Translations under genes and position numbers: made by a program
In this document: positions 34,412 to 42,836 of the stretch, in pieces
Numbering within the stretch: position 1 is the stretch's first letter
How the letters are laid out: every line of letters starts with the position of its first letter
The notes under the pieces: generated by a model
Told to the model about the DNA's origin: nothing
The model's input: the letters and a program-made list of their open reading frames with translations, nothing else
The model's database searches: none
Assembly: GCA_030770535.1 (NCBI GenBank)
Contig: JASVEC010000143.1
Location: 1 to 42,836, forward strand
DNA length: 42,836 bases
Direction: 5' to 3'
Origin: Batkoa obscura
Lineage: Eukaryota

Positions 34412-37406
34412 TTAATTTTCGTCTCCTGAATCTGTAGAAACATCATCTGGTAAACCATTAGGATCATTAGAAGGAGTAGTACTGCTTTGTAGCCAATTAT
34501 ATAATTCTTGAAGTACACCTGGGCGATTTTCCGCACTAAAATTGATAAATAAACTAAATGACACATTGAGATGAACTTACTTTAAAGCATTTAGAAGTTG
34601 GTTAGTGTCCTAAAGAAAGGGTTAGAAATGTTAAATTCATACATATACTATCTTACATTATTGGAACTATCTTGAGTTAAAACGTTTCTTACCCCATTTC
34701 GAATCCTTTCCAATAGACCAGAAATTGAATCCATTGTAATTATATTTGAGCCATCCTGTGTATACCCTGGAAGATACTTGAAATCATCGTATAAACTAAC
34801 AGAATCTGGAGGTGGTAAAGGATCATGGGCATAAATGGCTCGACTCCTTAAATCTTTAGGGAGATGCTTATTAAGATCAGAGAATTCTAAATTATTAATA
34901 TCTCATCCATTTACAAGGATAATCCTTTTACCTGAAATTAAGATGTGACGGCATAAATTTAAAGGTATTTCATTAGTAGAATCTGCGCTCCAAATCTCTT
35001 TACTTAATAAAACAGTCTCATTGTTACTATCTCTCAACTTATCACTTGCTAATTTAATTGCATCAGAAATAATATCAGTAACCTAAGGATATTAAATTAA
35101 GTTAAGAAAAAGTTAAATTAATAACGACTTACACTTGGAAGTTTCCAAAGAGAAAAAGCTCTTTCAGTATAGAGGTCAGCTAACAGTTTGATCTGAGATT
35201 CCTGGCTATTGGAAACTAAATAGAGCTTAGAATCAAATTAAATAGGAAATAAGTATAAAATTACTTTTAGACTCTAATAGGCTTAAATGCTGCTCTATAA
35301 TCCCTGTAGGAGCGTCAATCGAAATCCCTGTCTTTTTGATTAAATTTAAAATAACATTAGGATATAAAATAATTGCAGAGGATAGCATATCAATATGATC
35401 GTAATTCTAAAGAATGATTAACTAATTGTAACACTAAGTAAGTAAGCTTACCTTTTCAAGCTTAGAATTAACTGTTTCTTTAGTGTTTTGATTCACATGA
35501 AATGCAGCTAAAGCGCAAGAATAATGATAATTAGGCAAGCTTGAAATATATTCAGAATCAATCCACTGTTCGTTAAATTCTAACAAATAAGAATATTGCT
35601 GCGCTTTTAAAGCAAGGAAATCCAAATGTAACAAAGCGCACAAATTGTCATGAACAGGATCAAAACTAAACATTAGAATTAAATAAACATAACAAAACTA
35701 TAATTGTGCTTGCTACCTTAATATTAATTTTGTAAATTCCAATGCTGTTCTCCAACAACCTTGTCTTGATAGATTTTGGATATGGCGATATAATGCCAAG
35801 TAGAAGGATCTAAAAAATAAATCAATATTATTAATAGATTAGAACTATTTACCTATTTTCTAACTGATCATAATTTAATCTACATAATCCACTAGTTAAA
35901 GAAAATGAAGGGCTAAAACCTCTTTCACATGCGAATAAAGCCCTCTCTTTAGAAATGCGATTAAATTGAGTTTAATAGTAAGTATGTACTATTACCTATA
36001 AGCTCAAATGCCTCAGTCATATTACCAGAATTTTTGGCTATATCGGATAATTGTAAAAGGGTATCAACATGATAAGGGAACATTCCAGATAACCCCGCTA
36101 TAGCATTGGGATCTAAGCTGGCCACTCCTTGATAAAACGCTTTTTGAGCATCTCTATACCGTGGACCATGTTGGAAGTTGAAATAAGTAATATCTAATTT
36201 TTAGCTTCAATTTAATCTACTGAATACGTATACTTACTTTCCACTTTTTCTCCCTGACCCATACTTAAACCTAAATTTTGTGGCATAGGCCAGAAATCCC
36301 TTGGACTTGCTAAAAGACAACGCCCAGCAAATCTATTTTTTGTCAATAAAATAACTAGCTATTGGTTGTTTTCTAATTACCTTGAAAATTTCTTCTTTCG
36401 GATTTCTTCATTAACCTGAATAGGATAAAATTAGCTTAATAAATTAAAAGTAAAAAGTAAATACAATTCTAGATCCAAACAATCTGGTCGTCTCTATTAA
36501 TGGATCTAAGCATTTAACATTGATATTTAACAATTTCTTTAATATATCAACATCTTGCTCCCCAACTCGATTATTGTTATTATTATTAGTTTTGAAGTTA
36601 ATATCGTGATCTTGGAATCTAGTTAAAAATTGATAAATAAAAACTAAATTATTTCCAATATTATTACTTTTTTCTGATGTCTTCTAAAATTCTGTCAAAC
36701 TCTTTATCTTCTAACTCGTTTTCTTCGTCTACTTTTGCTACTCTCTTTTTGCTCTTCTTTTTCTTCTTTTTGTTATTTTTTATATTTTTTATCGGCTTGT
36801 TATCCTATTTAAATTGAGCACTTTTGAAAATTAGTTATTAAAAATAATACTATATCTTCTTTTAAATCTTCACTCTGGTCTTCATTATCCATTTCAACTT
36901 CGTCATCATTACCAAGCTTTTATTATTTTAATTATGATTTTTCAATTTTAAATCAACTTACCAATAAAAATGGATTTATCGCTTTATTAGATGCTACTTC
37001 TCCTTCGCTTTCCTCTTCACTCGTATCCTCACTTTTTTCCTTGTCATCTTTACTTTCATTTAATTCCTTAATATTTTCTTTATTTTTTTCTTCTTCTTCT
37101 ACTTCTGACTATTATACAATTAATGGAATATATTTATATATATATATGTATTACCGAACTGAGGTTCTTGTTATTCTTTGATTCTGTTTCCGCATCCCCT
37201 TGATTATTTTCAGCAAGCATCGACTCAATTTCAATCTGTTGACTAATTAAGACTGGGTCGACCAATGGTGTTTTTTTATTTTTTTTATTCTTCTTTTTAT
37301 TTATTTTAATGCTATTCGCCATCAATTCATCTTTGAAGACCTCTTCCTCTTCTATGGCAAGTGGTTGTTGCTTATTGTTTAATTTTTTTAACGCTCTTGA
37401 TGACAT
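34412..37406 (-). CDS. RQC1: Ribosome quality control complex subunit Rqc1/TCF25, multi-exon
   Basis: MSSRALKKL start; PYHVDTLLQLSDI, RSFYLALYRHIQNLSRQGCWRTALEF, FDPVHDNLCALLHLDFLALKAQQY, LPNYHYSCALA, HDPLPP. Confidence 0.88.
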
Positions 37407-39119
37407 TCTAAAGTATTGAGAAATATTTCGATTTTTTTATTTTTTAAAGTTGGGAGTTGGTTTCTAATTGGCTATCAACTTAATTCCTATGATGCCTGGA
37501 CCTTTGGGTGCGTAGTTTCAAGATTTATATTTACTATAATTGTAAAATCATTTTAAAATCAATATAAATATTCTTGAAAATTTAAGCTTTTCTTATATCT
37601 TATTATCATTTAATATAAGCTAGAAGTTGAATGTATACCACTTTCAATACACCATATAGGCAATATACACAACTATGTATCAATAGGGTTTTGTATTTTT
37701 AAGTTCGATTTATTTTTTAAATGAAATGATGCTAAAGTAGATCGAATATAAATATAATAATTTTTTTAATACTAAACTAATTATTTTTGTTAACTATTTT
37801 GAGACCTGACCTGTATTACAATTACTAAAATTGCTTTATATTTCTAAAAAATGTTTATCTTGATCAAAATTCAAAGCTTTGATATTTACAATAAGTTTAT
37901 TGTGTATAATAGACTACAGAGTTCAAATATATTCAAGCGTTCCATTTAATATTAAAAGTAGGATATTTTTAGTATAGGCTCAGTTTTAATTATTGTCATT
38001 GATACAAATCAATTTAAAAAATAAAATAATTCTTAATAAATGAACCTTCGTTTTTGTGTTATTTTTAATAAATATCTCAAGTTAGGATATAATATCTAAA
38101 ATTAATTGATAAAACAGTATAAAACCGTCTTTAAGAAGGATATCTAGACCTTTCCTCCGATTCAGGAAGCCAAGCACTTAGATCTGATGTTTTATTTGTT
38201 GCAAAGTCTTTGATATAAACATACAGAGCTTCGTTAGTTCTAATATCCTAATAGAAATAAACTTATACTCCAGAATAAGCATTTAATATAAAACTTCACC
38301 TTCAAATTTAATTTTAACTAAATCCAGTTTTATTGGACAAATCTTTAATTTGGAACAATCTCTTTGGTTTAACTTTGAATTTATTTTTATTGAGTTAGAA
38401 AACTATGTTATAATTTAAATTGAAGTTCGATGTAGTAAATCAAAGCAATTTGTATCATTTTAATTCAATCATCAGCTTAATAGTTGACAATAAACAGACT
38501 TAGCTTTCATATCACTATTTACTATTCGATTATTTTTTACAGATACTGTTCTAACTGAGAACAATAATTTTATTTTTGATTTCTTAAACTTGGTTTCATA
38601 ATAAGTGCCAACAAACTATGTCACTTATTAAAATTAGCTCAATAAAATACAAATCTATTTCGTTAATAGATTATTTAATTAGCTACAGTTCAACAGTGTG
38701 GCTGAGTTTAAGAAAAACATAACTTTATTGGCTTTAATCCATAAAAATATTAAAAAAGAGCATCACAATGTTCCAATCTATCAAAAACCGTTAAATTTAG
38801 TTGGTCAGAGAGTAGGTTAATGAATATGATTGGTTAAAAAAAAACCCAAAATGAATTAATAAATCTGCAAACTTGGAAAGTTCAACTTATAGTTTTTATT
38901 ATTTGTATTATTAAAATCAAAATCAAGTCTCCATTCCATTTTGAAGCTCTTTTTTATATCCTCATTCATTTAAGATTTTAAAGAAACCCAGTTATAATTT
39001 AACCTGTTTCTGCTACCCCTTGTATATAAGACTTGATTTTCTATTTATTTGTATTTTTTTATTGCAAAGTTATTATATTAAACATACATACTTTATTTTA
39101 TATCCAAAACCACCTAATT

Positions 39120-39887
39120 ATGTCTGAAAACCAAAACAAAGACTACGAAAACCAAATAAATCGTTTGAAAAAAAGGGTTAATGACCTTGAAGCAAAGGAA
39201 ACTAGACTTAACGAAGAATTGTCATATCGATGCCAAAGTATAAAACATCTGGAAGTAGAATTAGAACAAGCGATCGAAAGCAACAATCGATGTAAAAAGA
39301 AATTAGATCTTATGCAAATTAATTACGATAATGTAGTAAAAAAGCAATACGATTCTACGGTCTCAAGCCAATCCCAACTTTGTCGACTTCAAGAAGAGAA
39401 GGATAAGTTAGAATATGAATTGAAATGTCTTGAAAGTGAAAAAGTAAAGTTAGATTTAGAAAATTCTCAGCTAGATGAAAGAAAAAGATATTACGAGGAT
39501 ACAGTTCAAAAGATTGAGCAAGAGTTAAAAGATTACAAAGAAACATGCCAACATTTAAAGCATAATTTAGAATACATGAGCTTTATTAATTTAGATAACG
39601 AGAAGTTACAGATTGAAAATGCCGATTTACTAAGAGAGTTAGAGATTTATAAATCCAAAATTATAAGCTATGAGTTAAAAAATAACGTCAAATATGAAAA
39701 TAGTGATTTCCATGACTTCAAATCAACCAAAAGTTCAATTCAAAGCCCTACAGACCATGGAAGTATATCTTCGAATACTGCACTAGGAAACCCCAAATCT
39801 GTTTCTTCACAAGAAAAAGCAGAACTAAAGGCCACCCCCTCACCATCAAAACTACTGAAATCTAAACTGTCTAATCAAGTTAATTGA
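39120..39887 (+). CDS. Uncharacterised coiled-coil protein, intronless
   Basis: ORF of ~255 aa from ATG 39120; heptad-rich E/K/L composition; Ser/Pro-rich tail; GTATATAA at 39022. Confidence 0.6.
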   Translation: MSENQNKDYENQINRLKKRVNDLEAKETRLNEELSYRCQSIKHLEVELEQAIESNNRCKKKLDLMQINYDNVVKKQYDSTVSSQSQLCRLQEEKDKLEYELKCLESEKVKLDLENSQLDERKRYYEDTVQKIEQELKDYKETCQHLKHNLEYMSFINLDNEKLQIENADLLRELEIYKSKIISYELKNNVKYENSDFHDFKSTKSSIQSPTDHGSISSNTALGNPKSVSSQEKAELKATPSPSKLLKSKLSNQVN

Positions 39888-40552
39888 AAATAAGTTTATT
39901 TATTTTGTATTTTTTATATTCTTGCATGTTTTAGTAAATATCTTTAATAAAATTGTATATTTTATTTTTCCACTTTCTTAATTTTTGAGTCATATTGCAT
40001 GAATTCCCCTAATTTTTAATTTGTTTGCTTTGTTTGCATTCTTGATCGGATAAAAAATCATGGACAAATTATGAGATAATATCCTTGAAATAATTAAACC
40101 TGAGTCCAAACATTGTAAAAATAAATTTCAATAAGCCACAATCAACATAAACAAAAATACATTCCCATTTATAATAATAATTTTCAAAGTCTGAATTAAC
40201 AACCTTGTACTATGTTTGAAAGGTAGTTTAAGAATTTTACTGACAACCCTCTACTTAAATGGGACTTAAAAAATGGAAAAAGTGATGAAACTGATTATTT
40301 AATTTCAAGTTGTAATTGTTAAAAATCACTATTGTATGTAGGTTTAATAATTTGAGGATATTTTTTTAAAACTTGAATAGCATAAAATGTTAATACTATT
40401 CGAAACTTTTTGGCCAAAAGGACCTGGATTTTAATTATTGCAAAAAAAATTGATAAGTAAAAGAATTTAGAATTTGATGAAAGCAATGTTTATAATATCT
40501 ATTAAATCATAGTTAGAAATTATTTTGATACATTAAAAACTATAGTAGACAT

Positions 40553-40649
40553 GAGGATGTATTTTTGTGTTTAAGAATTTACTAACAAATTTTCCGCTTA
40601 AATAGCGCTTAAAAAATGGAAAAAATAATGAAGCCAAAAAAACACTCCC
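40553..40649 (-). mobile_element. MITE family copy (B); further fragments at ~40148-40166 and ~40227-40291
   Basis: gaggatgtatttttgtgtttaagaa...gaagccaaaaaaacactccc. Confidence 0.82.
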
Positions 40650-41048
40650 AGATTTTCAATATATTATAGGTATTAAGATGAAACATAATTTGAAGCTTGA
40701 TGCTTTAGTAGACTCTATTTAATATTATTTGCTTTATTGTTCATAAAATAACAAAGTTAGTTACTTTTTAGAGCATAAATAAAGTTTAGTTTCAGTATAA
40801 TGCAAAATATTTAAAAAAAGTAGTAAAAAGTATTACCATAATATTTTTAGATATCAACATATTATATCATATTATATTATTTTAAAATTAAAGCCGTTAT
40901 CAATAGGGGCAAAAGTTATTTAAATGACTTATATTTATACATTGAATACTGCCTTAATTTGGGCCATATTACATTTTTGATTATTTAGTACACATACAAA
41001 TTTGTATTAATACATACAATTATGCTACAGCATACAAGAAGATAACAA

Positions 41049-41130
41049 GTCAATTTGGCCGAGCGGTCTAAGGCGTTGCACTTAAGATGCAATCTCGAGA
41101 GAGGCGTGGGTTCGAACCCCACAGTTGACA
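41049..41130 (+). tRNA. tRNA-Leu (anticodon TAA), intronless, long variable arm
   Basis: GTCAATT/AGTTGAC acceptor stem, TGGCCGAGCGGTCTAAGGC D-arm, TTGCA-CTTAAGA-TGCAA anticodon arm, GTGGGTTCGAACCCCAC T-arm, downstream TTTT. Confidence 0.95.
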
Positions 41131-41457
41131 TTACTTTTGGATCTACTCTTAACAACTTACTTTTTCAACATAAATTTATAAACTTTCTATTGACAATAAA
41201 TCACTGTATTGGGATTATAAATTAAATTCATCTTATTTTTCTAATTGTCGTTTACGAAAATTGTTGTGAATTCATACTATATTAAATGTAATGTACTGCT
41301 ACTAAATTAAGTGGTGAGCTTAATACTTTAATGTATGTAATCTAAATCATTTCATATAAAACTAAATAAATAAAATCCAAAAACTAGTATTTAAAATTGA
41401 TTCATTTATAATATAGATGAAATAATAACACTATTTACGTATTTATAAGGATTTAGC

Positions 41458-42337
<880 letters not shown>

Positions 42338-42836
42338 TGTTTTATTTTACTGTTTATTAAGTTTTTAAGTGGGCTTTTAGTTAACCTTGAAATTAGAGAT
42401 ATAAAAGTAATTATTAATTTTGAAGTTCATTATCTGGTTTGGAACTTTGTTCACTTTAATTGGGCGCTGTTTTCTATTGCAAATCAAGTTTAATTAAGTT
42501 GTAATTTTATAGATTTCTATTCGTGTATGCTTTAACTTGGTTCGTTATTCTAATTCAGCCAAATTTGTCCTAAAGTTTAAATCGTAAATTAAATGACTAA
42601 AATGCGAGTAATAAAAAATCGAAAAATATGTCATTTCAAATTTTGGCTTTCTTTTTATTGTTTAGTTAACTATAATAACGATTAATTGATCAGAACTTAG
42701 CTTACACATCATTCAGCTCTCAGTGACTTGGAAGGTTTTATTAATTCCTAATTTGGCACCTTTATAAAATGTTTTGAGTGGCTAATGTCTTGTGTAAATT
42801 ACTTTCTATATCCATTAGTCAGGTTGTTTTAAAATG

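Noticed and set aside
11996..40649. The recurring ~97 bp unit as a CRISPR array, tRNA-derived SINE or ncRNA
   Set aside because: Copies are dispersed in both orientations with terminal inverted repeats and 4-bp duplications. There is no regular spacer array, no A/B boxes and no poly(A) tail.

Overview
Very AT-rich, intron-rich eukaryotic DNA, most likely from an early-diverging fungus (short GT-AG introns, a velvet gene, a Ste50-like gene); the species cannot be named from sequence alone. The window has three zones. (1) 1.9-10.1 kb: a compact block of six housekeeping genes in three head-to-head pairs (PSMG4/Poc4-like with CMC1, COX11 with TRS23, GGTase-I beta with AVL9). (2) 10.2-32.5 kb: a repeat-rich accessory zone with three intact, nearly identical NADP-dependent alkenal/prostaglandin-reductase-like (MDR/PTGR) genes and one decayed copy (a further chimeric pseudogene sits at the window start). 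It also holds a minimal velvet-domain gene, a GDA1/CD39 apyrase, a secreted RNase T2 and an unknown putative GPI-anchored protein. (3) 33-42.8 kb: a truncated Ste50-like SAM gene, RQC1/TCF25, an orphan coiled-coil gene, tRNA-Leu(TAA) and SEC4/Rab8. The most notable unannotated structure is a ~95-100 bp MITE-like family (GGGGATGT...ACATCCCC ends, 4-bp ATAT/ATTA target duplications, about 15 near-full copies plus fragments). It occurs with two decayed copies of a DDD-type (Sola-like) transposase. One transposase copy is broken into three pieces, permuted and partly inverted at or next to MITE positions, producing a ~2 kb inverted repeat with a ~669 bp apparently identical core. MITEs also mark the homology breakpoints of the reductase duplications. 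All coordinates and alignments were read by eye.
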